DNA from: an uncultured Candidatus Saccharibacteria bacterium | GTDB lineage: Bacteria; Patescibacteriota; Minisyncoccia; UBA6257; 1-14-0-10-40-38 | Direction of reading: 5' to 3' | NCBI GenBank assembly: GCA_964543265.1 | Contig: CAZIWN010000001.1 | Span: forward strand, 168,644 to 232,643 | Length of the DNA stretch: 64,000 nucleotides | Part shown: piece by piece, positions 38,994-47,351 of the stretch | Layout: every line of letters starts with the position of its first letter | Numbering within the stretch: the stretch's first letter is position 1 | Translations under genes and position numbers: made by a program | Notes under the pieces: generated by a model | The model's input: only the letters and a program-made list of their open reading frames with translations | The model's database searches: none | What the model was told of the DNA's origin: nothing

Positions 38994-39116
38994 AGTGTTT
39001 GCTTTTTAGGTTATACGACCTTTCCCAATAATTATAGCAAAGATTTAGATATTCTTATTCACAGCCGTCATTTTTTAAGTTAAAATTCTCTTACTTTAAA
39101 AATTTAAAACAAAACC

Positions 39117-39323
39117 ATGGGAATATTCGATCAATTTAAACAAGCTTCTGAAATGTTGAAAGGTATGTCTCCTGAACAAATTAAAGATATGATGGCGCAA
39201 GCTAAAGAGCAAAAAGCTATGATGGAAGAAGTAATAAGAAAAGGCGTAGAAGATGAAATCAGAAAAAAGAATCTAATTTCAAAAGACGAACTTTTAAAAA
39301 TCCTCAAAGATAAAGGATTATAG
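39117..39323 (+). CDS. Small Lys/Glu-rich hypothetical protein (68 aa)
   Basis: Host-type composition; no recognisable motif. Confidence 0.35.
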   Translation: MGIFDQFKQASEMLKGMSPEQIKDMMAQAKEQKAMMEEVIRKGVEDEIRKKNLISKDELLKILKDKGL

Positions 39324-39376
39324 TCTGTTAGTAAGCCATAATTGACTTTATATAACATACTTGCTATTATAGACGT

Positions 39377-39860
39377 CAGCACCTGTGACCGTCCTTTGTT
39401 CTGGATTTCCAATTAGGCAGACAGTTCGGGCGATGCTGTCTATGCGGAGATTCGAATGAGTCGGTCTGTTACGCTGTCTGGTCTCGTTCTTTTTCACAGC
39501 GAGGCTTGGAGGAGCCTCTTCTATGCGCGCACCGTGTTGATCCGTTTCCCGAGGGTCGCTCTGAAGTTCCTTCCCACTCCTCGCTTTGCGAGAACTTTCT
39601 GGCAACTGATCGTTCAGGGCTGGAGACTGCTTTGCAGGATCCTTGATTCTGAACCCGTTACCATGATGTTCCTGGCACTCCTGCTGCTCGGGGTCGTCAC
39701 GATGCGTTCGTGCGATCCGACGGCCGAAGAGCTGAGAGCGATGGAGTCTTCTTCCGGCACCCTCCTTCCGTGATCTGATCGGAGTCGACATCTTCTCATG
39801 CGTAGCATCTGGGTAGTGAGCGCCTTCAAACCTGCGGGTTCTGGGGGCGTTTTTTTTAGA
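39377..39860 (+). other. GC-rich minicassette M: promoter TTGACT (39377-39382)-17-TATTAT (39400-39405), about 430-nt GC-rich transcript, U-rich terminator about 39835-39858. Possible 105-aa ORF 39456-39773 (RBS GCGGAGA; single TM-like segment)
   Basis: Coding versus non-coding unresolved; the antisense 174-aa ORF (39348-39872) is low complexity and has no room for a promoter. Confidence 0.3.
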
Positions 39861-39880
39861 AAAATTGACCAATTAATTAA

Positions 39881-40894
39881 ATGAATACAAAAATTATAGC
39901 CACAATCGGACCAGCTTCAGAAAATAAAGAAACGATAGAAAATCTTATCAAAGAAGGAGTCGAAATTTTTAGGATGAATTTTTCTCACTGTACATATGAA
40001 GAATATAAAACTAGGAGAAAAATTATATTAGAAGCAGCTAAAAAATTTAAAAAGAAAGTTAAAATTCTTCAAGATCTGCAGGGTCCAAGAATTAGAGTTG
40101 GCGAACTTCCAAAATCAGGAAAAGAATTAAAAGATGGAGAATTAGTTATTTTTACTACCAGCCAAGATAAATCCAAAAACTTCATCTTTATAGACAATCC
40201 ACATCTTCACACCGATATATCCATCGGAGATCCAATATATTTAGCTAACGGAGAAATGGAATTGGAAACAATAAAAACAGAAAACACAGAAATCCACGCC
40301 AAAGTTATTCGCGGAGGAATTCTTTATTCTAGAAAAGGAGTAAATTTACCAAAAACAAAGCTCACCATTTCTGGACTCACAGATAAAGACATAGAAGATG
40401 TTAAATTCTCAATCAAAGAAGGAGTTGATTATATAGGAATTTCTTTTGTTCAATCTAAAAAAGACGTTGAAAAATTAAGATCTATAGTTAATAAAAAAGT
40501 AAAAATAGTTTCTAAAATAGAAACTGCCCTAGCGGTTAAAAACGCAGATGAAATAATTCAAGAATCGGACGCAATTATGATAGCGAGAGGTGATCTTGGA
40601 ATAGAAATTCCTATGGAAGAAATTCCTTATATTCAGAAAAATCTCATCAGACACGCAACTTGGCACGGAGTTCCATCAATTGTCGCAACTCAAATGATGA
40701 TGTCTATGATAAATCACCCTCACCCAACCAGAGCAGAAATTTCAGATATCGCCAACGCTGTTTTAGACGGAGCCTCCGTCTTAATGCTTTCAGACGAAAC
40801 AGCGCAAGGTAAATATCCAAAAGAAACAATTCAAATAATGGTAAAAACTATTAAGCACACAGAAAAAACGCTCAAAAAAGAGCTTACTATTTAA
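39881..40894 (+). CDS. pyk: Pyruvate kinase, short form (337 aa, barrel plus A domain, no C-terminal regulatory domain)
   Basis: MNTKIIATIGPAS...FRMNFSH... and MIARGDLGIEIP motifs; length about 130 aa shorter than canonical PK. Confidence 0.8.
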   Translation: MNTKIIATIGPASENKETIENLIKEGVEIFRMNFSHCTYEEYKTRRKIILEAAKKFKKKVKILQDLQGPRIRVGELPKSGKELKDGELVIFTTSQDKSKNFIFIDNPHLHTDISIGDPIYLANGEMELETIKTENTEIHAKVIRGGILYSRKGVNLPKTKLTISGLTDKDIEDVKFSIKEGVDYIGISFVQSKKDVEKLRSIVNKKVKIVSKIETALAVKNADEIIQESDAIMIARGDLGIEIPMEEIPYIQKNLIRHATWHGVPSIVATQMMMSMINHPHPTRAEISDIANAVLDGASVLMLSDETAQGKYPKETIQIMVKTIKHTEKTLKKELTI

Positions 40895-41165
40895 TTTCAA
40901 ACCTATCAAAAGCTTGATATGTTCCTTTAGAGGTTTCTACTTGTATTATTTTATAATCCCCGCCATCTCCCGCGCCTTTCTTAATCCAATCTATAAAGTT
41001 TTTTAAAATTTCCTGTTTTCCTTCTATTTCTAAATAAACAGTTCCATCATCTTCGTTTCTAACAAATCCAAAAACACCCAATCTCTTAGCTTCTTTTTCT
41101 AATGTTCTTCGCAGATACACCCCCTGCACATTTCCAAAAATAGTTACATTAAAATGTTCTGTCAT
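40887..41165 (-). CDS. acyP: Acylphosphatase
   Basis: VQGVYLRR and GFVRNEDDGTV signatures. Confidence 0.85.
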   Translation of the reverse strand: MTEHFNVTIFGNVQGVYLRRTLEKEAKRLGVFGFVRNEDDGTVYLEIEGKQEILKNFIDWIKKGAGDGGDYKIIQVETSKGTYQAFDRFEIK

Positions 41166-41169
41166 TTAT

Positions 41170-41550
41170 TTATTTTCTTATTATTTTAAAACTTATAAAT
41201 CCCAACAGTCCCAATTGAATCGCTGGAGTTAACCCAACATATAAAATTGGAATGATCGGCATTAAATTATTATATGCCCATTTATGTAGATTCAAGGCAT
41301 TCCACTCCATTATTACTGCCCAAACAAATCCAACTGGAATTATAAGCCATTCTCTTGTTTTTAAAAAACCAAAATATAAAAACGGTAAAGAAATAACGCT
41401 AATAATTAATCCATCAATCAAAGAAGCTCTCAAAAGAACCCATTCTGTAATCTTTCCTCCCATATAATTATCATAAAGAATGGCGTGAAAATTTTCCCAA
41501 ATAAAATTTAAAAAGAAAGAAATTAAAAATATTTTTAAAACCCTAATCAT
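41170..41550 (-). CDS. Hypothetical 4-TM membrane protein
   Basis: Hydrophobic throughout; host-type composition. Confidence 0.45.
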   Translation of the reverse strand: MIRVLKIFLISFFLNFIWENFHAILYDNYMGGKITEWVLLRASLIDGLIISVISLPFLYFGFLKTREWLIIPVGFVWAVIMEWNALNLHKWAYNNLMPIIPILYVGLTPAIQLGLLGFISFKIIRK

Positions 41551-41574
41551 ATTAATATCATACTAAAAAACAAA

Positions 41575-41625
41575 AAATCGCCAAACCGAAGTTACACGTA
41601 GCAACTTAGGTCTAGCGATTTGTTT
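41575..41625. terminator. Bidirectional terminator of cassette N
   Basis: AAUCGC...GCGAUU stem with inner AAGUU..AACUU hairpin and U-runs on both strands. Confidence 0.5.
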
Positions 41626-41633
41626 TTTGAAAT

Positions 41634-42131
41634 CTATTCGCCCATCACCTCAAGACGATCGAACAGAGACTTGAACCAAGAGAGAGCACCAACTTTTCTT
41701 GCAACCCTATTACCCATACCAGGGCGCATCTGACAAAAAGAGACAGCAAAAGCAATAGTTATTGCAGAGTCTATCTCGGGAGAAATCCCAACAAAGGCCA
41801 CAACGAGTCCACTATGACTCACAGCTCGGGATTCCGCGGGTGGAAGAGCAGCTGAAGATCCAGCGACCCTAACAACCATCTCTCTTGCGACAATACAACT
41901 TCGCGAAGCTGTTGGATTATGAGGAATTGTTCCAATCCTCGCGCAGATAACTTCTTGGCCTGTATCACTATTAGCAAGACAGAAGTATCCGCCACTGACT
42001 TCACCAAGCTTGAATACCCTTCTTGCCTGCTGGAAAATCATGCCAATCCGCGAAACAGCATCTGCAGAATTAGCAACAATAGCGACAGTAGTAGCCCCAT
42101 CTCTCTCAGCGACCATCGTCGGTTGAGACAC
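41634..42131 (-). CDS. GC-rich minicassette N: approximately 166-aa hypothetical protein, possibly Ntn-hydrolase/proteasome(HslV)-like (GATTVAIV after a short propeptide)
   Basis: Minus-strand TTGACC-17-TAATAT promoter abutting the upstream gene stop; RBS AAGGGGAGGA then GTG (42131); the track ORF starts at an upstream TTG; weak similarity to HslV RRV..G..AG..D block. Confidence 0.35.
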   Translation of the reverse strand: MSQPTMVAERDGATTVAIVANSADAVSRIGMIFQQARRVFKLGEVSGGYFCLANSDTGQEVICARIGTIPHNPTASRSCIVAREMVVRVAGSSAALPPAESRAVSHSGLVVAFVGISPEIDSAITIAFAVSFCQMRPGMGNRVARKVGALSWFKSLFDRLEVMGE

Positions 42132-42214
42132 GCCGATCCTCCCCTTTTTGGCAGGTTTTTTGGAAACTTCAAAGAGCTGAAACAATATTAAATTAATAAA
42201 ATAAACTGGTCAAT

Positions 42215-42754
42215 TTATTTTAAAACCACACTCTTTAAAATATCTTCAGCTAATTGATCAATATTTATATTTTCATGCTCCATGGCGCAGTCTGTTTTAT
42301 TTGGCTCTTCATAATTTTCACACCTTGGATACTTTAAAACAAAATTCAAATCTAAAATTTTATTTTCTCCCGCTTCAGTTTTATAACTATATGTTGTATA
42401 AATGCTTCCAGCAGCTCCCTCGCTTTGAGTCTCTATGCAATAAATAGATCCATTAATTTGCTTTTTTACCACTTTTTTAAAAGACGGGTTTTCATCTAAG
42501 TATTCATTACAAGAAAAAGCTTCAGAAATTAAGCTAACCTTCGGTGGCCATTCTTGAGGAATAATAAATTTATTAGAAAGCTCAGGATATTTAAATTGAA
42601 TTCCCTTCCCGGAATCGCTGTATATTCTCCAAAAATTACCCAAAGTCTCAACGGTTGGGGCAGGTGCTTTTGCGCTAAAGAAAAAACCAACACCCAAGAC
42701 TAAAACCGCAATAGATGTAATTAATATATTCTTTTTATTACTAAATTCCGACAT
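42215..42754 (-). CDS. Secreted hypothetical protein
   Basis: Signal/TM N-terminus; no recognisable motif. Confidence 0.45.
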   Translation of the reverse strand: MSEFSNKKNILITSIAVLVLGVGFFFSAKAPAPTVETLGNFWRIYSDSGKGIQFKYPELSNKFIIPQEWPPKVSLISEAFSCNEYLDENPSFKKVVKKQINGSIYCIETQSEGAAGSIYTTYSYKTEAGENKILDLNFVLKYPRCENYEEPNKTDCAMEHENINIDQLAEDILKSVVLK

Positions 42755-42868
42755 ATTATTAGATTATTTAATTATAATCATTATCCCACAAAATAATATA
42801 AAATTCAACAATCCCCACTTTAATTATTGAATTTTTTTCCTTCATAATATATAGTTTATCAATATTAT

Positions 42869-42940
42869 TCCGGAGTAGTTCAGTGGTAGAACGCCTCGCT
42901 GTTAACGAGGATGTCGTAGGTTCGATCCCTACCTCCGGAG
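42869..42940 (+). tRNA. tRNA-Asn (anticodon GUU)
   Basis: Acceptor UCCGGAG/CUCCGGA, anticodon stem CCUCG/CGAGG with loop CUGUUAA, T arm GUAGG-UUCGAUC-CCUAC; the 3' end is the target of a downstream repeat array. Confidence 0.9.
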
Positions 42941-43064
42941 CAAAAATAAAATACCCCTTCTGGGGTTGTTTTATTTTTGTTTTGAAATGGATCGAACCGA
43001 AGGTCAAAATCACGCAGTGATGAGATTTCGACTGAAAGGAGAAGCGATCCCTACCTCCGGAGCC
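42936..43064 (+). repeat. Direct repeat copy 1 (129 bp): tRNA-Asn 3' end + terminator (ACCCCUUCUGGGGU + Us) + 65-bp spacer + 21-bp tRNA-3'-end mimic gcgatccctacctccggagcc
   Basis: Identical by eye to 43503-43631; the mimic recapitulates ttcgatccctacctccggagca of the tRNA (att-like). Confidence 0.75.
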
Positions 43065-43146
43065 GATATTTGACAATAATATAACAGTATGCTATTATCC
43101 AGATAGTTCCGAAAGTTAAAAATCGAGCAGGAAAGCGAGGTTAGAA

Positions 43147-43320
43147 ATGGATACGCAAAAACTCGTGGAACTCGTACGCCAATGCACAAAAATCGTCGTT
43201 AGAGAAGGGCAGAATACCACTGGCGATATGTCCGCTGTGATTCCCTTGCTACAAGCTGCGCTGAGAGATTTGCCCTCCGATCAGGTCCAGAAGGCCATTC
43301 TCGAATACAACAATGATTAA
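43147..43320 (+). CDS. Cassette O: 57-aa hypothetical protein (MDTQKLVELVRQCTKIVVREGQNTTGDMSAVIPLLQAALRDLPSDQVQKAILEYNND)
   Basis: TTGACA (43070-43075)-17-TATTAT (43093-43098), RBS AAAGCGAGG, ATG 43147; dual-hairpin terminator 43362-43435; GC-rich. Confidence 0.45.
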   Translation: MDTQKLVELVRQCTKIVVREGQNTTGDMSAVIPLLQAALRDLPSDQVQKAILEYNND

Positions 43321-43502
43321 GACAAGTAATACTGCCTAGGAACGTCCTGATATTTCGATATGTGTCGCGCAAAGCGACACGCCCCCCCCCGTTGGAGGAA
43401 TTTCGATGATTTCTCCCGGGGGCTTCGTTTTTTTATCTCAAATCGGGAATATAAATATATTCATTTTGTCGTGCTATAATATTTCTAATATCCGATACTG
43501 TT

Positions 43503-43631
43503 CGGAGCAAAAATAAAATACCCCTTCTGGGGTTGTTTTATTTTTGTTTTGAAATGGATCGAACCGAAGGTCAAAATCACGCAGTGATGAGATTTCGACT
43601 GAAAGGAGAAGCGATCCCTACCTCCGGAGCC
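43503..43631 (+). repeat. Direct repeat copy 2 (129 bp), identical to 42936-43064
   Basis: Same sequence, including the terminator and the 21-bp tRNA 3'-end mimic. Confidence 0.75.
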
Positions 43632-43700
43632 ACTTATTTGACAATATTATTTATATATGATATTCTTTTTATAGAACAATTTCCAACAAGGAGAGAAGAG

Positions 43701-43898
43701 GTGCACCGCTATCTCATTACAATTTCGTTCACGCCCGGTCGAGATGGATCTGAGAGAACGACGGAGTGTTACGAAGTGAGTATGGAGCAGCCGATTCGTT
43801 CCATGGATCAACTCAATGCAGAAATCAGGAAGCTCTGCGATGTAAAAAAGATTGCTGGGCACGTGACCCCGATTGCGTTTTCTCGATTCTCCGAATAA
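43701..43898 (+). CDS. Cassette P: 65-aa hypothetical protein (GTG start; VHRYLITISFTPGRDGSERTTECYEV...)
   Basis: TTGACA (43638-43643) promoter homologous to cassette O, RBS AAGGAGAG, GTG 43701; the track ORF 43533-43898 runs spuriously through the repeat. Confidence 0.4.
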   Translation: MHRYLITISFTPGRDGSERTTECYEVSMEQPIRSMDQLNAEIRKLCDVKKIAGHVTPIAFSRFSE

Positions 43899-43920
43899 CT
43901 CAAACCAGAGGAGACGTCCC

Positions 43921-44094
43921 GTGAATCAGTCCAGCGGACAGGAACCGAAAGTTCAACAGGAAAAGCCGCGACAAGAATTCCCTCCCTGCACCAACAAGGA
44001 ATGCGAGTGCTATGAGTCTTCTGCTCGTGTCGGGCCAGCTGCATCGATCCCGCGCGCCTACTACTGCTACGAGTGCTGCAACATCTTCTTCTGA
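43921..44094 (+). CDS. Cassette Q: 57-aa cysteine-rich peptide (..PPCTNKECECYESSARVGPAASIPRAYYCYECCNIFF)
   Basis: RBS GAGGAG 6 nt before GTG 43921; 7 Cys in the C-terminal 36 residues; terminator 44110-44177 homologous (about 78%) to cassette O terminator. Confidence 0.4.
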   Translation: MNQSSGQEPKVQQEKPRQEFPPCTNKECECYESSARVGPAASIPRAYYCYECCNIFF

Positions 44095-44206
44095 TGCGAA
44101 TTCTAATATATCGCGCAAAGCGCGAAACCCCCGGTTAGAGAAATTTAGATGATTTCTCACGGGGGATTCTTTTTTTGTCTCAAATGTAGTGTGATATTAT
44201 TACAAT

Positions 44207-44632
44207 ATGATAACAATCAATCCTTGGATTAACTTCAATGGTAATGCTGAAGAAGCTTTTATATTTTACAAATCAGTCTTTGGCGGAGAATTCACAAAAA
44301 TTATGCGCTTTAAAGACTTAGCAGGGCCAGAATTTCCCGTAGCAGAAAATGAAGCAAATAAAATAATGCACATTGCCCTACCTATTGGTAAAAATTTTTT
44401 AATTGCCAACGATATTCCAGAAAGTATGGGACGGGTGAGTGAAAATGAAAATAGAAGCAAAATCAAAATTAGCACAGAGAGTAAAGAAGAAGCAGATAAA
44501 TTATTTAATGGACTTTCAGTTGGCGGGAAAGTGGAAATGCCTATTGCCGATAGTCCTTGGGGATCATACTTTGCAATGCTTAGAGATAAATATGGTATTG
44601 AGTGGATAATTGAATTTTCAAAAACAAAATAA
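44207..44632 (+). CDS. VOC-family (glyoxalase/PhnB-like) protein
   Basis: ITINPWINFNGNAEEAFIFYKSVFGG N-terminus typical of the PhnB-like/3-demethylubiquinone-9 3-methyltransferase domain. Confidence 0.65.
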   Translation: MITINPWINFNGNAEEAFIFYKSVFGGEFTKIMRFKDLAGPEFPVAENEANKIMHIALPIGKNFLIANDIPESMGRVSENENRSKIKISTESKEEADKLFNGLSVGGKVEMPIADSPWGSYFAMLRDKYGIEWIIEFSKTK

Positions 44633-44651
44633 CTAAATTTTCATAATTTAT

Positions 44652-45095
44652 ATGAAACATCTTAATCTAAAAGGATCTTGGATAATCAAGGCTCCAAAAG
44701 AAGAAATCTATAAGATAGTTTCTGATTTTGAAAATATGCCCAAACATTTTCCAACCGTTGCAGAATCTGTGCGCATAATAGAAAAACAAGGCAATCATCA
44801 AAAAATGAGTGCCAAAGTAAAATCCTTTGGTAAGGTTTTTGATGTAAAAATGCAAACCGAGCTCATTCCTAATATTGGTTTTAAGTCTAGTAATGAATCA
44901 TCTTTTGGAACCTCTGGTTACGAAGAATTTTTAATGGAAGATGTTAAAGGAGGCACTAAAATTACCTATACATATAATATCGAAATTCATCGTCCATTAT
45001 TAAGAATAATAGGAACACCTTTAATAAAGTGGTTTGCTATGTGGTCTTGGAAACGCGCCTTCATTGATGAGTTGCGAAAAATTATAGAAAAATAG
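44652..45095 (+). CDS. SRPBCC (START/Bet v1-like) family protein
   Basis: Length and pattern (W..K.PKEEIYKIVSDFENMPKHFP) of polyketide-cyclase/AHSA1-like proteins. Confidence 0.5.
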   Translation: MKHLNLKGSWIIKAPKEEIYKIVSDFENMPKHFPTVAESVRIIEKQGNHQKMSAKVKSFGKVFDVKMQTELIPNIGFKSSNESSFGTSGYEEFLMEDVKGGTKITYTYNIEIHRPLLRIIGTPLIKWFAMWSWKRAFIDELRKIIEK

Positions 45096-45159
45096 TCTTT
45101 TAATAGAAACTTTAACGTTACTAATCGTCTATTCATTTGATTATACTTAATACGATAAA

Positions 45160-45504
45160 ATGAATATTTCAAGAAAAAAATTCGTTCTTATCTTTATGGT
45201 CTGCGGGTTTATTTTTCTTTTTATTACCACATCTCTTTTAGGAGCAACAGGCCCAAGAGGATTTCCAAAACCACCAGACTCTCTAGTTACAACCGGCATT
45301 GATTCACCTATAATATGGAAAAGCACGTTATCTAAAATAATTTTACCCATTAAAATCGTTTTAATAGGACCATTGGGTTTACCCTCCATTAATTTCCTTA
45401 AAGACGACCCACCGCCACCATTCGTTGGTATATATTTTGTCCTATATTGGTCGGTCCTTGCTTCTTTTATATATTATATAATTAACAAATTAAAACGTTT
45501 TTAA
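45160..45504 (+). CDS. Hypothetical membrane protein
   Basis: N-terminal TM; weak ORF. Confidence 0.3.
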   Translation: MNISRKKFVLIFMVCGFIFLFITTSLLGATGPRGFPKPPDSLVTTGIDSPIIWKSTLSKIILPIKIVLIGPLGLPSINFLKDDPPPPFVGIYFVLYWSVLASFIYYIINKLKRF

Positions 45505-45520
45505 TCTTTATTAAAATAGA

Positions 45521-46114
45521 ATGAGAAAAATAATAGTTTCAGAATTTATTACCCTAGATGGAGTTATGCAGGCTCCGGGTGGACCAAAAGAAGATGTCTC
45601 TAGAGGTTTTAAATATGGAGGTTGGACAGCTCCATATCTTGACGAAGCATCGGGTAAAAATATGACTAAACAAATGGAATCTGCAGATCTTCTATTAGGA
45701 AGAAAAACTTTTGATATTTTTGCAGGATATTGGCCAAAACATGCAGACGGATGGCCTGGTATTAACGACGTAATTAAATATGTCGTTTCTAAAACAACAA
45801 AAAAATCTAATTGGAAAAACTCAGTGTTTCTTAAAAACCTATCTGATATAAAAAAACTGAAAAACTCAAATGGTTCAGATATCCAAGTTTGGGGTAGTGG
45901 AAAATTGGTACAAACATTGCTTAAAAACGATCTAGTTGATGAGTTGTGGCTAAAAATTTTCCCCATCACTCTCGGAAAAGGAAAAAAATTATTCGACAAC
46001 GGAACAATTGCAAAATCATTTATCCTAACGGAAAGCTTCACAACTCCAAGTGGAGTTATTTTTGCTAATTATAAACGAATTGGAGAAGTAAAAACTGGTA
46101 CCGTTGGAGATTAA
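45521..46114 (+). CDS. RibD C-terminal-domain / DHFR-like reductase (YwjB-like)
   Basis: MRKIIVSEFITLDGVMQAPGGPKED...LLLGRKTF...IQVWGSGKLVQTLL. Confidence 0.8.
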   Translation: MRKIIVSEFITLDGVMQAPGGPKEDVSRGFKYGGWTAPYLDEASGKNMTKQMESADLLLGRKTFDIFAGYWPKHADGWPGINDVIKYVVSKTTKKSNWKNSVFLKNLSDIKKLKNSNGSDIQVWGSGKLVQTLLKNDLVDELWLKIFPITLGKGKKLFDNGTIAKSFILTESFTTPSGVIFANYKRIGEVKTGTVGD

Positions 46115-46141
46115 TATTATTTATTAAGACAATAAATCTTT

Positions 46142-46369
46142 ATGCATTCGACACCTAAAGATATAAAAAAAATAATTAATTCTTCCAATACTTTAAAAAA
46201 TATATGGGAAGATATAACTCCCCTAGCAAAAAATGAATGGATTTGCTGGATTACTTCTGGCAAAAAATCCGAAACAAGAAACATTCGCCTAGAAAAAGCT
46301 ATTTCAAAATTAAAAAGTGGAATGCGTCGCCCTTGTTGCTGGGCCGGCTGCCCTCATCGAGACAAATAA
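46142..46369 (+). CDS. Small hypothetical protein with C-terminal RRPCCWAGCPHRDK motif
   Basis: Possibly YdeI/OmdA-like; weak recall. Confidence 0.35.
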   Translation: MHSTPKDIKKIINSSNTLKNIWEDITPLAKNEWICWITSGKKSETRNIRLEKAISKLKSGMRRPCCWAGCPHRDK

Positions 46370-46613
46370 AACATAAGAACTATCCAGCTTGTTTTAATAA
46401 ATATGCAAAAAATAACAACAAAAATATTTATTTATTCATCTATAATTTTTGGTATTATAGGTCTTTTAGTTGTTTTAACAGCTTCAGGACCAGATAAGCC
46501 AGATTCAGCCATCAACGAAATGTTTATTAGACTTTTATTTGCGACAGTTTTTATCATACTCCCATCATTCGCGCTTAGCGTTGCTAGTAAATATTTAAAA
46601 GATTAATTTAAAG

Positions 46614-46856
46614 TTGATGAAAAAGGAAATTAAAAAAACAAATATTATTTACCACAAAGACGGCAGTCTTTGGGCTAAGGGTGAAATGAAAAATGGAAAG
46701 CATGAAGGTTATTGGGAATGGTTTAGAAAACCGACTCAAGGAAAGAAAATCGGAATAAAAATACGCTCCGGTTATTTTAAAAATGGCAAACAAACCGGAA
46801 AGTGGATTACTTATGATTCATCAGGTAAGATTTATAAAATAAATCTAATTAAATAA
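46614..46856 (+). CDS. MORN-repeat (YwqK-like) protein
   Basis: YHKDGSLWAKGEMKNGKHEGYWEWF...KNGKQTGKW repeats. Confidence 0.5.
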   Translation: MMKKEIKKTNIIYHKDGSLWAKGEMKNGKHEGYWEWFRKPTQGKKIGIKIRSGYFKNGKQTGKWITYDSSGKIYKINLIK

Positions 46857-46857
46857 T

Positions 46858-47346
46858 ATGAAACAAAAAATTACCCCATTTCTCTGGTTTAACAACAACG
46901 CCGAAGAAGCTATAAATTTTTATACTTCAATTTTTAAAAAATCTAAAATTAAAAACAAAGCTTACTACGGAAAAGATGGCGCCAAAGCTTCTGGCATGCC
47001 AGAAGGAACTCTAATGACTGCCACCTTTGAATTAAATGGTCAAAGTTTTATGGCCATCAATGGAGGTCCAGTATTTAAATTTACCGAAGCTATATCTTTT
47101 GTAGTGAACTGTAAGACACAAAAAGAAGTAGATTATTATTGGAATAAACTATTAGACGGCGGATCTGAGATTGAATGCGGTTGGTTAAAAGACAAATATG
47201 GTCTTTTTTGGCAAATTGTTCCAGAAATTCTCGGTAAATTATTAAGCAATAAAGATTCTAAAAAATCTGGAAGAGTTATGGCAGCCATGCTTCAAATGAA
47301 AAAAATAAATATAGAAGCTCTTAAGCTGGCCTCTTTAGAAGAATAA
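46858..47346 (+). CDS. VOC-family (PhnB-like) protein, second copy
   Basis: KITPFLWFNNNAEEAINFYTSIFK...; paralogous to 44207. Confidence 0.65.
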   Translation: MKQKITPFLWFNNNAEEAINFYTSIFKKSKIKNKAYYGKDGAKASGMPEGTLMTATFELNGQSFMAINGGPVFKFTEAISFVVNCKTQKEVDYYWNKLLDGGSEIECGWLKDKYGLFWQIVPEILGKLLSNKDSKKSGRVMAAMLQMKKINIEALKLASLEE

Positions 47347-47351
47347 TTAAA

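Noticed and set aside
39348-39872. 174-aa minus-strand ORF
   Set aside because: Extreme Arg/Glu/Gln low complexity. Its start abuts the pyruvate kinase start with no promoter space. The plus-strand promoter/terminator pair argues for the opposite strand.
42768-43076. 102-aa minus-strand ORF
   Set aside because: Runs antisense through tRNA-Asn and the 129-bp repeat. Spurious.
43533-43700. N-terminal 56 aa of track ORF 43533-43898
   Set aside because: Translates the 129-bp direct repeat and promoter. The real gene starts at GTG 43701 behind an AAGGAGAG RBS.
43873-43920. TTG-initiated N-terminal extension of track ORF 43873-44094
   Set aside because: Overlaps the end of cassette P. The GAGGAG RBS sits 6 nt before the internal GTG 43921.
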